64,000 nt of DNA from a virus: the UHGV virus genome UHGV-0164982, one strand, 5' to 3'. Below, piece after piece: positions 42,906 through 53,233 of the stretch (its first letter is position 1; the number at the start of each line of letters is the position of its first letter). A program made the position numbers and the translations under genes. The notes beneath the pieces are model-generated. The model was not told where the DNA came from. It searched no databases and saw nothing but the letters and a program-made list of their open reading frames with translations.

Positions 42906-44633
42906 TTGTGTTTAAGGAAGAGTAAATTGAGTAACTTACGCGAATACCAGAATCGTATTGCAGATATCGCAAAACGCTCTAAAGCTGTGCTTGGCTGGGC
43001 AAGCACTGCGCAGTTCGGTACTGATAACCAATTCATTAAAGATGATGCCGCGCGTGCCGCATCTATCCTTGAAGCTGCACGTAAAGACCCGGTTTTTGCG
43101 GGTATCTCTGATAATGCCACCGCTCAAATCGCTACAGCGTGGGCAAGTGCACTGGCTGACTACGCCGCAGCACATAAATCTATGCCGCGTCCGGAAATTC
43201 TGGCCTCCTGCCACCAGACGCTGGAAAACTGCCTGATAGAGTCCACCCGCAATAGCATGGATGCCACTAATAAAGCGATGCTGGAATCCGTCGCAGCAGA
43301 GATGATGAGCGTTTCTGACGGTGTTATGCGTCTGCCTTTATTCCTCGCGATGATCCTGCCTGTTCAGTTGGGGGCAGCTACCGCTGATGCGTGTACCTTC
43401 ATTCCGGTTACGCGTGACCAGTCCGACATCTATGAAGTCTTTAACGTGGCAGGTTCCTCTTTTGGTTCTTATGCTGCTGGTGATGTTCTGGACATGCAAT
43501 CCGTCGGTGTGTACAGCCAGTTACGTCGCCGCTATGTGCTGGTGGCAAGCTCCGATGGCACTAGCAAAACCGCAACCTTCAAGATGGAAGACTTCGAAGG
43601 CCAGAATGTACCAATCCGAAAAGGTCGCACTAACATCTACGTTAACCGTATTAAGTCTGTTGTTGATAACGGTTCCGGCAGCCTACTTCACTCGTTTACT
43701 AATGCTGCTGGTGAGCAAATCACTGTTACCTGCTCTCTGAACTACAACATTGGTCAGATTGCCCTGTCGTTCTCCAAAGCGCCGGATAAAGGCACTGAGA
43801 TTGCAATTGAGACGGAAATCAATATTGAAGCCGCTCCTGAGCTGATCCCGCTGATCAACCACGAAATGAAGAAATACACCCTGTTCCCAAGTCAGTTCGT
43901 TATCGCGGCTGAGCACACTGTACAGGCGGCGTATGAAGCACAGCGTGAGTTTGGTCTGGACCTGGGTTCCCTACAGTTCCGCACCCTGAAGGAATACCTG
44001 TCTCATGAACAGGATATGCTGCGTCTTCGCATTATGATCTGGCGTACTCTTGCGACCGACTCCTTTGACATCGCTCTGCCGGTTAACCAGTCCTTTGATG
44101 TATGGGCAACCATCATTCGTGGCAAATTCCAGACTGTATATCGCGACATTATTGAGCGCGTTAAATCTTCTGGTGCGATGGGGATGTTTGCTGGTGCTGA
44201 TGCAGCATCTTTCTTCAAACAGTTGCCGAAGGATTTCTTCCAGCCAGCCGAAGACTATATCCAGACTCCGTATGTTCACTACATCGGTACCCTGTTCGGT
44301 AACGTGAAAGTGTACGAAGTACCTGCTGGTATTTGTAAAAACTTAACGACAGAGAACATTCAGTTCAGCTCGATGGATGTGCTGTGCTACGTCCGTGATG
44401 AAAATCCGGGTAAAGCAGGCTTCGTGACTGGTGATGCTGTCCCGGCCATCCCGTTCCAGCATCCGACCACTCCGGCGCTGGTCAACCGTACCACGCTGTG
44501 GGGTTCGGCTATCAACGATATGCACCCACGCAACGGCGCTGATTACTTCACTCGTGTAACGCTGACAATGGCCAAAAAAGGCGGGCTTAACTTCATAAGC
44601 GGCGACACGATTGATGCCGGTGACTCTGAGTAA
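42906..44633 (+). CDS. major virion structural protein (P1 gene 23 position)
   Basis: 575-aa ORF; TTG at 42906 or 42927 (RBS AAGGAAGAG) as start. Confidence 0.55.
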   Translation: MCLRKSKLSNLREYQNRIADIAKRSKAVLGWASTAQFGTDNQFIKDDAARAASILEAARKDPVFAGISDNATAQIATAWASALADYAAAHKSMPRPEILASCHQTLENCLIESTRNSMDATNKAMLESVAAEMMSVSDGVMRLPLFLAMILPVQLGAATADACTFIPVTRDQSDIYEVFNVAGSSFGSYAAGDVLDMQSVGVYSQLRRRYVLVASSDGTSKTATFKMEDFEGQNVPIRKGRTNIYVNRIKSVVDNGSGSLLHSFTNAAGEQITVTCSLNYNIGQIALSFSKAPDKGTEIAIETEINIEAAPELIPLINHEMKKYTLFPSQFVIAAEHTVQAAYEAQREFGLDLGSLQFRTLKEYLSHEQDMLRLRIMIWRTLATDSFDIALPVNQSFDVWATIIRGKFQTVYRDIIERVKSSGAMGMFAGADAASFFKQLPKDFFQPAEDYIQTPYVHYIGTLFGNVKVYEVPAGICKNLTTENIQFSSMDVLCYVRDENPGKAGFVTGDAVPAIPFQHPTTPALVNRTTLWGSAINDMHPRNGADYFTRVTLTMAKKGGLNFISGDTIDAGDSE

Positions 44634-44693
44634 TCAGGGGAAGTTCTCCGTTTAACATAGCGCCCCCGTGCGGGGCGCATAACAGGGAAAGTT

Positions 44694-46283
44694 ATGTCTC
44701 AATATTCAATTCAACAGTCATTAGGTAATGCATCCGGCGTCGCGGTTAGCCCGATCAATGCCGATGCGACGTTATCTACCGGTGTTGCATTAAATAGCAG
44801 CTTGTGGGCTGGTATTGGCGTATTTGCGCGTGGCAAGCCGTTTACTGTTCTTGCGGTTACTGAGTCCAATTACGAAGATGTTCTCGGCGAACCGCTGAAG
44901 CCGTCTTCCGGCTCACAGTTCGAACCAATTCGCCATGTATACGAAGCTATTCAGCAAACGTCAGGTTATGTTGTTCGTGCTGTTCCGGATGATGCGAAGT
45001 TCCCGATTATTATGTTCGATGAATCAGGCGAACCGGCTTACAGTGCGTTGCCATACGGTTCTGAAATTGAACTTGATAGCGGCGAAGCCTTTGCTATCTA
45101 CGTTGATGATGGTGATCCGTGTATTTCACCTACCCGTGAGTTAACCATCGAAACGGCAACAGCGGACAGCGCAGGTAATGAACGCTTCCTCCTGAAACTG
45201 ACCCAGACGACTTCGCTCGGCGTGGTAACGACCCTGGAGACACACACTGTGTCTTTGGCGGAAGAAGCGAAAGATGACATGGGCCGCTTGTGTTATCTGC
45301 CTACGGCTCTGGAAGCCCGTTCTAAATATCTGCGCGCGGTTGTTAATGAAGAGCTGATTTCGACGGCGAAAGTAACAAATAAAAAATCGCTGGCGTTCAC
45401 TGGCGGTACCAACGGCGATCAGTCGAACATTTCCACTGCTGCTTACCTGCGTGCGGTGAAAGTGCTGAACAATGCGCCGTACATGTACACCGCTGTTCTC
45501 GGCCTGGGTTGCTATGACAATGCGGCGATCACTGCGTTAGGTAATATCTGTTCTGATCGCTTGATTGATGGCTTCTTTGATGTCAAACCGACATTGACGT
45601 ACACGGAAGCGATCTCTGCTGTTGAAGATACCGGTTTACTTGGTACCGATTATGTAAGCTGTGCTGTCTATCATTTCCCGTTCTCCTGCAAAGACAAATG
45701 GACCCAATCCCGCGTGGTCTTCGGTCTGTCTGGCGCGGCGTATGCAGCGAAAGCTCGTGGCGTCAAGAAAAACTCCGATGTCGGCGGTTGGCATTACTCA
45801 CCGGCTGGTGAAGAACGTGCCGTCATTGCTCGTGCATCACTTCAACCGCTGTATCCGGAAGACACCCCGGACGAAGAAGCTATGGTCAAGGGCCGACTCA
45901 ATAAAGTATCTGTAGGTACTTCTGGCCAGATGATCATCGACGATGCTTTAACTTGCTGCACGCAGGATAACTATCTGCACTTCCAGCACGTCCCATCCCT
46001 GATGAATGCAATCAGCCGTTTCTTTGTCCAGTTAGCCCGACAGATGAAGCATAGCCCGGACGGTATTACTGCGGCTGGCCTGACTAAAGGGATGACCAAA
46101 CTTTTAGATCGCTTTGTCGCCTCCGGCGCTCTGGTGGCTCCTCGTGATCCTGATGCTGACGGTACAGAACCGTATGTGCTGAAAGTTACGCAGGCGGAAT
46201 TCGATAAATGGGAAGTAGTCTGGGCCTGCTGCCCGACTGGCGTAGCCCGTCGTATCCAGGGCGTACCGCTGCTTATTAAGTAA
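44694..46283 (+). CDS. probable tail sheath protein (P1 gene 22 position)
   Basis: 529 aa, size and position. Confidence 0.5.
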   Translation: MSQYSIQQSLGNASGVAVSPINADATLSTGVALNSSLWAGIGVFARGKPFTVLAVTESNYEDVLGEPLKPSSGSQFEPIRHVYEAIQQTSGYVVRAVPDDAKFPIIMFDESGEPAYSALPYGSEIELDSGEAFAIYVDDGDPCISPTRELTIETATADSAGNERFLLKLTQTTSLGVVTTLETHTVSLAEEAKDDMGRLCYLPTALEARSKYLRAVVNEELISTAKVTNKKSLAFTGGTNGDQSNISTAAYLRAVKVLNNAPYMYTAVLGLGCYDNAAITALGNICSDRLIDGFFDVKPTLTYTEAISAVEDTGLLGTDYVSCAVYHFPFSCKDKWTQSRVVFGLSGAAYAAKARGVKKNSDVGGWHYSPAGEERAVIARASLQPLYPEDTPDEEAMVKGRLNKVSVGTSGQMIIDDALTCCTQDNYLHFQHVPSLMNAISRFFVQLARQMKHSPDGITAAGLTKGMTKLLDRFVASGALVAPRDPDADGTEPYVLKVTQAEFDKWEVVWACCPTGVARRIQGVPLLIK

Positions 46284-46292
46284 GGGAATACA

Positions 46293-47108
46293 ATGAGCAA
46301 AAACTTTTTTCAATCCGGGGCATTTTTGGGGAATGGACTGTCTCGTTTCGCTTTGAACTCTGATCCTGTGCAGCTGATGGAGTCTGCCCGAGCAAGCGCC
46401 GAACCGCCAACAGATCCGGTTATTAATAATAATCCGGAACCGGCGGCACAGACTTACGATAACGTTCCATCTGCCCCGGCTCCTGAGCAAATCCTGGAAG
46501 GGAAAGACGGTAAAGAATGGACCGTCGAACAGGCGCACCAGATGATTCTGGAAGCCGCAAATCGAAGTGCTATGCAGAATGCGTTGAGTGATGCGGCCGA
46601 CGCCGTTTTCGCCTGGGCTGATAGCGGTGATCTGACTTTCGACTCCCTTGATGGTTTCGTTCAGGCTATCGCTGGTATCTCTGATGACGACGACTCCGAA
46701 GTTACAGAAGAACAGGACGATGCCTATAACGAAGCATGGGCAAATGTTGCTGACTTCCTCGCAGCATGCGGTGTAGATGATGACCTGATCGAAGCACTGG
46801 CTGACGATGAAGACGACGACGCAGCTGCTGATGTTGGTGCCTCTATTGCTGGTTTAGATAGCGACGACCGCGACGAACTGGAAGCGGCGTTTGTTGTTGC
46901 TGGCACTTCTGATGAAATGCTGACTGAAGCATTTAAGAAGGTTGTTCGTAACGGTGAGATCAAACTCATCCGTAAACGCCTGCGTAAAAAACGTCTGACT
47001 GCGGCTCAAAAATCGGCGCTGAAAAAAGCGCGTCGAAAAGCCCAGACCGGTGCGGCAAAACTTGCCCGCAAAAAGTCAATGAAACTGCGCCGTAAGCGCC
47101 TTGGCTAA
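46293..47108 (+). CDS. acidic protein with basic C-terminal tail
   Basis: 271-aa ORF. Confidence 0.45.
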   Translation: MSKNFFQSGAFLGNGLSRFALNSDPVQLMESARASAEPPTDPVINNNPEPAAQTYDNVPSAPAPEQILEGKDGKEWTVEQAHQMILEAANRSAMQNALSDAADAVFAWADSGDLTFDSLDGFVQAIAGISDDDDSEVTEEQDDAYNEAWANVADFLAACGVDDDLIEALADDEDDDAAADVGASIAGLDSDDRDELEAAFVVAGTSDEMLTEAFKKVVRNGEIKLIRKRLRKKRLTAAQKSALKKARRKAQTGAAKLARKKSMKLRRKRLG

Positions 47109-47143
47109 AGGAGGAGGCCGGAGAACTCCGGCCTTTAACTTGA

Positions 47144-47725
47144 ATGGCACCTATACCTTATGGGGTTTACAGCCAGGCTGACGGTGTATCGCCATTTCTG
47201 AAAGTTACTTTAACGAACTCTCAGTACCAGGTTACCGGATATATCAGCCAGGGGGCAGCAATGAACATGGCCCAGAATTGGGAAGCGCCGTTTACCGGTA
47301 TGTCCATGGGGTCTGTTGCTGGTGCCTTCAGTGGTTTTGCGCAGGTTGGTACTGAAACAACGTCGGTGGCCCGTTGGAACAGCTTAATGGTTTGGGAGGG
47401 GGGAACACCGCCGACTTTCACGCTGCCAGTAACTTTCATCGCTTTGTTTGATCCATTCACGGAGGTTTCAGGAGCTATCGCCGCATTGTCAGCGATGATT
47501 AGCCCGGAACTTAAAGATGCCAGTATTGGTGGTCGAATCCCGGAGCGTGTGACGCTAAACATTGGTCGCCGGATCAACATCATTGATGTCGCTATCCAGG
47601 ACATAAGTTTCGATCTCGATGCGCCCAGGGACAGCAATGGGCATTTCCTGAAAAACACCGTCAACCTCCAGTTGACCGGTTCTTCGATATATAACAGCTC
47701 CGATATTGTTCGGGCGTTCCAGTAA
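47144..47725 (+). CDS. structural protein
   Basis: 193-aa ORF. Confidence 0.45.
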   Translation: MAPIPYGVYSQADGVSPFLKVTLTNSQYQVTGYISQGAAMNMAQNWEAPFTGMSMGSVAGAFSGFAQVGTETTSVARWNSLMVWEGGTPPTFTLPVTFIALFDPFTEVSGAIAALSAMISPELKDASIGGRIPERVTLNIGRRINIIDVAIQDISFDLDAPRDSNGHFLKNTVNLQLTGSSIYNSSDIVRAFQ

Positions 47726-47736
47726 AAGGATTTTAT

Positions 47737-48246
47737 ATGGGGCACAATAACACTAAGGGAAACCGTAAATTTATTAAGGGCCGCTATACTGCCAACGCGG
47801 CCAAAGGCGAACGACTGGTATCTTCTGAATTCCAGCTCACTTTTGCAGGCCATGAAGATATCAGCGTACTGGTTCGCACGTCGCAAATTCCTGAAATGAC
47901 CCGCGAGGATGTGGAGGACTATGGTCCGAATGGTGTGAAGTTCAACCAGCACGGTCCAATTCGAAACTCTGGGGAAATCCAGGTCCAGTGCGTGGAGACT
48001 ATCGAAGGCGATATTCTTCAGTTCATCAAGGATCGCATTGCGGCGAAGGACTATGTTGATATCACGATGGCTGCGACCCCTGAATCCAAATCTTCCGGGG
48101 TTAACGCTGTGACAAAAGCTGCTACAACAATTGAAATGTTGGACTGCAAAATCTACAGTGATGCAATCGACTTTAGTACCGAAGATGTGACTGCCGCTGT
48201 GCGCCCGTCACTTCGTATCGTCTACAACTGGATTGAGTGGGATTAA
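47737..48246 (+). CDS. structural protein
   Basis: 169-aa ORF followed by terminator. Confidence 0.45.
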   Translation: MGHNNTKGNRKFIKGRYTANAAKGERLVSSEFQLTFAGHEDISVLVRTSQIPEMTREDVEDYGPNGVKFNQHGPIRNSGEIQVQCVETIEGDILQFIKDRIAAKDYVDITMAATPESKSSGVNAVTKAATTIEMLDCKIYSDAIDFSTEDVTAAVRPSLRIVYNWIEWD

Positions 48247-48265
48247 GAGTCATCCCTTGTATTTT

Positions 48266-48290
48266 AAAGCTCCTTCGGGAGCTTTTTTAT
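48266..48290 (+). terminator. rho-independent terminator
   Basis: AAAGCTCC-TTCG-GGAGCTTT then T-run. Confidence 0.7.
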
Positions 48291-48361
48291 TTGGAGAGGA
48301 AAGGGTGCATTGAGGATACCTGACACACGAAGAGTGGCGGGATCTCTCCCCGCCAGGTCTC

Positions 48362-48517
48362 TTACCTTTCAGATTCGTAGGCTGTGAAGACAGTGACCTC
48401 CGTCTGGCCGGTTCGGATTCGTACCTCGCAGAGGTCTTTCCTCGTTACCAGTGCCGTCACAATGACGGTTAAACAGATGACGATCAGAGCGATTAACATC
48501 GCTTTTTGCTGCTTCAT
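48362..48517 (-). CDS. hok: Hok/Gef-family type I toxin
   Basis: MKQQKAMLIALIVICLTVIVTALVTRKDLCEVRIRTGQTEVTVFTAYESER, hand-translated; below ORF-track cutoff. Confidence 0.85.
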   Translation of the reverse strand: MKQQKAMLIALIVICLTVIVTALVTRKDLCEVRIRTGQTEVTVFTAYESER

Positions 48518-48575
48518 AGCCTGCTTCTCCTTGACCTTTTGGTCGGTAAGAGGCTAATCTACGTATGCTAAGCAT
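48369..48575 (-). CDS. mok: Mok-like overlapping reading frame
   Basis: 68-aa ORF overlapping hok in another frame, starting upstream. Confidence 0.55.
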   Translation of the reverse strand: MLSIRRLASYRPKGQGEAGYEAAKSDVNRSDRHLFNRHCDGTGNEERPLRGTNPNRPDGGHCLHSLRI

Positions 48576-48698
48576 AGATATGGCCTCAGATTAATGTTAA
48601 GCGTCTTGCAGGACGCGTAATGTTATCTGGGGCTTTCTTCTATCTGCTTTTCGGGTAATGCCTGAAGCAGATAGCCTCAAGCACCCGCAACGATTGTA

Positions 48699-49025
48699 TC
48701 AATGTCTGGCTTTTTTTCTATAGAAATCACCAGGTAGGGTGAATATCCACATCAGAAGAAATGTTGCAGCAAACATGATCCCTAATGGCCAGACCGCGCC
48801 AAAGAAAATCCATACTAAGATCTCCTCTGCTCGTTCTTTGCGGTCGATATCGACAAGCATTTTTCGGCTGATCATGTATACACAGAAGCCAATACAAACA
48901 TATCCTGCAAAAGCGATCGCTAACTGTAAAAAATCAGATTGCATCTCCGACCTCAAACTGAAAACGCCAGGTGACTCCAGATTAGAGCAATCTATCACCC
49001 TCTGAATCCTGCCGGTATACCCCAT
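48699..49025 (-). CDS. small membrane protein
   Basis: 108-aa ORF with two hydrophobic segments. Confidence 0.35.
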   Translation of the reverse strand: MGYTGRIQRVIDCSNLESPGVFSLRSEMQSDFLQLAIAFAGYVCIGFCVYMISRKMLVDIDRKERAEEILVWIFFGAVWPLGIMFAATFLLMWIFTLPGDFYRKKARH

Positions 49026-49840
49026 TGTTCGTTATCTTTATTTTTGGCTAAAACCGCATTAAGAGCTTCGTTTACCGTCATGCAATGCGGCAGATTATCG
49101 AAGTTTGATACCCCGCCAATATCAGGAGAACGCTTGTTCTTCAGGTAAGCATATTTCCGCGCTGCCGCCTCTACCTTCTGCTTGAACTCATGTTTTTGAG
49201 CGCGTTTTTTGGATAAACGCAGATTGTCGGCCTTTGCTTTTGCCCCAGCGATCCATGAAGTCAATTTTTTGAGTTTGGTCGTTCCGGCAGCGCCGGAAAC
49301 TGATCTTTTTGTTTTTTTAAATTGTGACTTCTTATTCTTTATTGCCACGTCATCCTGACAGGGGGAGGGGGTATCATTTTGACATGGGGGTGTGGATAAA
49401 AAATCAAATAAAGCCAATGTCTTAGCGAGAACAGCTTTAACCTTGGTTGCGGCTGAAGAGATCTTTAATTTGCTTTCAATCAGCGCATTTTGGGCTTGTT
49501 GTGCGAAGGCCAAAAAGGATGGGGTAAACCGGTACAGGTTAGCGCGACGTTCACGGTGATCGCCGATAACAATCTCTACTGACAGGATTCCTTTGTTTAC
49601 AGCTTCACGGAATGCACGAACGACGGTTGATTGGCTATAACCAGTTTCTGCCGCGATCAGGCGGTGAGGCTTGTGAATGAAGTATTCACTGGTTGTTGCC
49701 GCGAGATTTGCACATTGCGACAGGATATGCCCGGCGCTACGGGATAGACCGGAGTGTGTTACAAAGCAGGCCAATTCATAGCCAGAAAAAGTAAAATCGC
49801 TCATCGTTATACAGCTAAGGAAAGTGACTTTAGCCAGCAT
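48995..49840 (-). CDS. repL: lytic replication initiator RepL
   Basis: 281 aa, downstream of kilA under the operator at 50740. Confidence 0.75.
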   Translation of the reverse strand: MLAKVTFLSCITMSDFTFSGYELACFVTHSGLSRSAGHILSQCANLAATTSEYFIHKPHRLIAAETGYSQSTVVRAFREAVNKGILSVEIVIGDHRERRANLYRFTPSFLAFAQQAQNALIESKLKISSAATKVKAVLAKTLALFDFLSTPPCQNDTPSPCQDDVAIKNKKSQFKKTKRSVSGAAGTTKLKKLTSWIAGAKAKADNLRLSKKRAQKHEFKQKVEAAARKYAYLKNKRSPDIGGVSNFDNLPHCMTVNEALNAVLAKNKDNEQWGIPAGFRG

Positions 49841-49869
49841 TACAATGCTGGTGGTTCTTACTACGTCTG

Positions 49870-50670
49870 TTAGCGCGTTGCCGCGACAGGTACCAGCACA
49901 CCAGCATCAAGCAATCGCTTCATCAGCCACTGCTGACCTTTGCCGGTTATACGAGTCGTGAAAGAAATCCTGCTTCCATTGCTTGTATCGATCACGGTTT
50001 CTTTAAGGGTGAAATACCCACGGGATATGTATTCTTGTTTGGGGACGTTCCTGCGTTCACCGGTTGCGATCAGAATTCCGTTATCACGCAACCAGGTGAA
50101 GAGATAGTTTTGGCCCAGACCGAGCACTTTGGCATAGTTGCCGATTAGAACCCCGCTGGCGGTAGCAACGCGTTCGGCGAATTCGACTTTAGGTGCATCC
50201 ATAAGCATTTTTTGCTCCAGCCGTTGCTTTTGCTCTGCCAGGTCGGCAGCCAAACGGAGAGCTTCAGGGAGACTCTGCGGAATAGCAGGTTGTAATCTTC
50301 CGGCTCGATAGTCGATAAATGTCTGGTTTACCTTCAGCCGAAACGCGGGAGAAATCCAACCAGCGTACTCCACTGCGAGCAATTCATGGGCAAAAGTGCC
50401 GCCGCCACGGCCTTCGAACGAAACTATGCAATTCTGCATAGTTTCTTTTTCAAGCTCTTCGATGAGCTGTTTAGCTGACAGCGTTCTTAGCCATTGAGCT
50501 GGCGCTTTATGGGCACCGAGTCCGCTCGCTCTGTGTAGAGCATTAAGGTTGTAACGGCCAGCGCGGTCGGTCGTAATTTCAACACCACAAATAACGGGCA
50601 GAGTGGTTGAAGGATCGACATTTTGATGAAGGTTTGATATATTCATATCCGCATTGAATGTTTGTTGCAT
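49870..50670 (-). CDS. kilA: KilA (KilA-N domain plus ANT C-terminal domain)
   Basis: 266 aa; C-terminal domain shared with both ant genes. Confidence 0.75.
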   Translation of the reverse strand: MQQTFNADMNISNLHQNVDPSTTLPVICGVEITTDRAGRYNLNALHRASGLGAHKAPAQWLRTLSAKQLIEELEKETMQNCIVSFEGRGGGTFAHELLAVEYAGWISPAFRLKVNQTFIDYRAGRLQPAIPQSLPEALRLAADLAEQKQRLEQKMLMDAPKVEFAERVATASGVLIGNYAKVLGLGQNYLFTWLRDNGILIATGERRNVPKQEYISRGYFTLKETVIDTSNGSRISFTTRITGKGQQWLMKRLLDAGVLVPVAATR

Positions 50671-50739
50671 TTTTTCTCCAAATTTGCATCAACCTTCAAT
50701 CACCAGCTCGAAATGGTGATTCTTTGCACTTAGAAAACG

Positions 50740-50756
50740 AAATTTATTAGAGCAAA
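50740..50756 (-). promoter_or_regulatory. C1 operator-like site for kilA-repL
   Basis: AAATTTATTAGAGCAAA, 16/17. Confidence 0.75.
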
Positions 50757-50834
50757 TTTTTCTGACTCGATCCAGATCGGGTTGGACGATCTGCTCAGAA
50801 ACCTGCCAGTTTGCTGGCAGGTTTTTTTCTTTTG

Positions 50835-51878
50835 TTAACCTATTGCTACTGGTTTTAACAAACCAGCATCAAGTAGCTTGCGAGTTAACCACTGCTGGCC
50901 TTTACCCGTTAATTGGGGCGTCAGCCGTATCTGGTAGCCATTTTCATCATCCAGCACCACTTCTTTCACCGTGAAATACCCGGCGTTGATGTACTGTTGG
51001 CGCGGTACGTTTTTGCGCGCACCAAAAGCCATGAGAATGCCGTTCTGGCGCAACCATGAGAAAAGGGCGTTTTGCTTAAGTCCAACGACCTTTGCAAAGT
51101 TCCCGATCAGGATTCCATTGGCCACTGATACCCGGTCGGCAAAATCGACTTTAGGGGCTGCGGCCACCAGCTGTTGTTCCAGCTGCATTTTCTGTTCTGC
51201 CAACTCGGCAGCCAGGCGTAGAGCTTCTGGTAATGTTTGGGGGATCGATGGGGCAGGGGAGTTTGCCTGCTGCAATTCTTCCAGTTTGTCGATCAGCGAA
51301 CGGCGGACGGCTTTTGATTCGCGTGCGGCGACTCGCAGGGCTTGTTTGTAGGTCATGGTTATGACAACCATAGGCGTACCGCCACCTGGCGGCACGGTTG
51401 CACTTTTTGTGTAACCGTCCTCACCTTCTAATTCGTCGAGTATTTTTTCGATGAATTTGTTGTTCCGAACCTCTGGTTCCCCACATAACTTACGCGCTTC
51501 ATTGACCATCTTTAACAGTGTCAGGCTGTCGATTGTGTCTCCGGTGTTGGGGATGATATTCACGGCTGGTGCTGGCGTAGCTGACGTAACAGGTGCTGTT
51601 TTTTCAACATTCAAATTATTACCGGTCATTCTATGTGCCTCCTTTCTCATTTCTGCTGCCACTGTTGCGTAACGTAGACGTCCTTGTTCAATCAAATAAT
51701 CCCTGATCTCGGCTATCAGTAGCTTGTTGATCACAGCCTTATCTGTTCGGGTATAAAAACGTCTGGTTATCATGAAATAGTTGGCAATTGCGCCGGGGAT
51801 CTCCCGTGTCGGCATACAGGCAGTATGCAGGGCGATCGCTTCGGCTATGTCATTACGGGTGACGAGAGGTTTTTTCAT
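50835..51878 (-). CDS. ant: antirepressor Ant (ImmI)
   Basis: 347 aa; coupled to upstream icd; canonical position next to kilA-repL. Confidence 0.8.
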   Translation of the reverse strand: MKKPLVTRNDIAEAIALHTACMPTREIPGAIANYFMITRRFYTRTDKAVINKLLIAEIRDYLIEQGRLRYATVAAEMRKEAHRMTGNNLNVEKTAPVTSATPAPAVNIIPNTGDTIDSLTLLKMVNEARKLCGEPEVRNNKFIEKILDELEGEDGYTKSATVPPGGGTPMVVITMTYKQALRVAARESKAVRRSLIDKLEELQQANSPAPSIPQTLPEALRLAAELAEQKMQLEQQLVAAAPKVDFADRVSVANGILIGNFAKVVGLKQNALFSWLRQNGILMAFGARKNVPRQQYINAGYFTVKEVVLDDENGYQIRLTPQLTGKGQQWLTRKLLDAGLLKPVAIG

Positions 51879-52096
51879 AAACCCCCCTGAACGTCGGCAG
51901 AGAAGGGGAGGCTCCAGTAACTAAGTGAATTGCGCGAGTTAGTTGAAAAACGGGCAGTAAAAATGCAGGGGCCGTCAGGCAATTGAGAGCGTGCTTCGTC
52001 TTCTGTTGCTGCGATAACGAAGTGATAGTGGTGTTTTTTACAGGAATAGAAACGCCAGATGAATTCTGGGCGTGCGCAAGGATTGGCATTAACCAT
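51875..52096 (-). CDS. icd: Icd
   Basis: 73 aa, 4-nt overlap with ant start. Confidence 0.75.
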   Translation of the reverse strand: MVNANPCARPEFIWRFYSCKKHHYHFVIAATEDEARSQLPDGPCIFTARFSTNSRNSLSYWSLPFSADVQGGL

Positions 52097-52410
52097 AGTT
52101 ACGGCCTCACAATCAGGTTTAACAACCTGCTACCCGCTGTCAAACAGGTGGCAGGACGTGACAGGGTTGACAGACTGGCGATTGTGAAACCAGCAGGCCG
52201 AAGCCTCCCCATCACGCCCCACCATAATTTGGGCGTAACGCGGTTTAACGGACACAAAAATACCGCAATATCGGAAATCTGCGGTTGTCCGCACAATCAT
52301 TCAGGCTGTCAAACCTGGTCGCAGAATTTGCTACGACGGCGAAACTATAAGCCTGAACGATTAAAAGGTCAATATGATGCGAAAAGATAGCATTCGCGAC
52401 TTAAAAATAC
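52097..52410 (-). ncRNA. c4: ImmI leader, expected location of c4 antisense repressor RNA
   Basis: ORF-free leader between operator and icd; placement by analogy with P1 ImmI, RNA ends not determined. Confidence 0.4.
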
Positions 52411-52427
52411 AAATTTATTAGAGCAGG
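52411..52427 (-). promoter_or_regulatory. C1 operator-like site for ImmI
   Basis: AAATTTATTAGAGCAGG, 15/17. Confidence 0.65.
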
Positions 52428-52708
52428 CGAGTGTCGTGCAATAGATGTATTATTTGTGATGAAAAATAATGCAGAGGGATATTGTTACTTTAAGATGGAT
52501 ATCAATAGTCGATACATAAATTAAGTTAGCAATAAACTATTAACTTAAGAAATAATGCAGATGGTGAACTTATCTCTGACTTTTCAGCTATACACAATAA
52601 GTTAGGGATAGCTTATAAAAAGTTGATTATTTGATATAAGTCAATGGGAGTATTCTTGTTTACTTTCCGTTCTCGTGGTAACTTCTCGCCGGTTTTTGTT
52701 TTTCTGGG

Positions 52709-53230
52709 ATGATTCTTATGTCTAAAAAGTATACTTTATGCGCTCTTGTTGTATCTGCAATTCTTCTTTCTGGGTGTCAATCTAGCGGTGCTGATTATGC
52801 TGCCGATGTTTATGATACCGCTCAATTGAATTCGAAGCAGGAAACAAAGACAGTCAATATTATCTCTGTGCTTCCAGCTAAAGTGAAAGTTGATAATAAA
52901 GCTAATAAAGAAGCGGCACAGACATTTGGTGCGGTACTGGGAGCTGTTGCTGGGGGCGTTGCCGGTTATAATGTTAAAGGCACATCGACACTGGGTGCTG
53001 TAGCTGGCGGTACTGGTGGTGCGGCTCTTGGTGCAGCGGCTGGTTCTTTGGTTAGTGATAAAACAATTGTTGAAGGTGTTTCACTGACTTATAAAGAAGG
53101 AACTAAGGTGTTCACTTCAACTCAAGTTGGTAAAGCATGCCAGTTTACAACGGGGCTTGCTGTGCTTATTTCAACTAAAGATAATGAAACTCGAATTCAG
53201 CCAAATGCTACTTGTCCAGAAAAGAAATAA
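52709..53230 (+). CDS. glycine-zipper lipoprotein (AT-rich cargo)
   Basis: Lipobox LLSGC; Gly-rich GAVLGAVAGGVAGY and GAVAGGTGGAALGAAAG segments. Confidence 0.6.
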   Translation: MILMSKKYTLCALVVSAILLSGCQSSGADYAADVYDTAQLNSKQETKTVNIISVLPAKVKVDNKANKEAAQTFGAVLGAVAGGVAGYNVKGTSTLGAVAGGTGGAALGAAAGSLVSDKTIVEGVSLTYKEGTKVFTSTQVGKACQFTTGLAVLISTKDNETRIQPNATCPEKK

Positions 53231-53233
53231 TTT

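Noticed and set aside
48976-48992. Additional C1 operator between repL and the small membrane ORF
   Set aside because: Only the ATTAGAGCAAT half matches (11/17); too weak to call without binding data.
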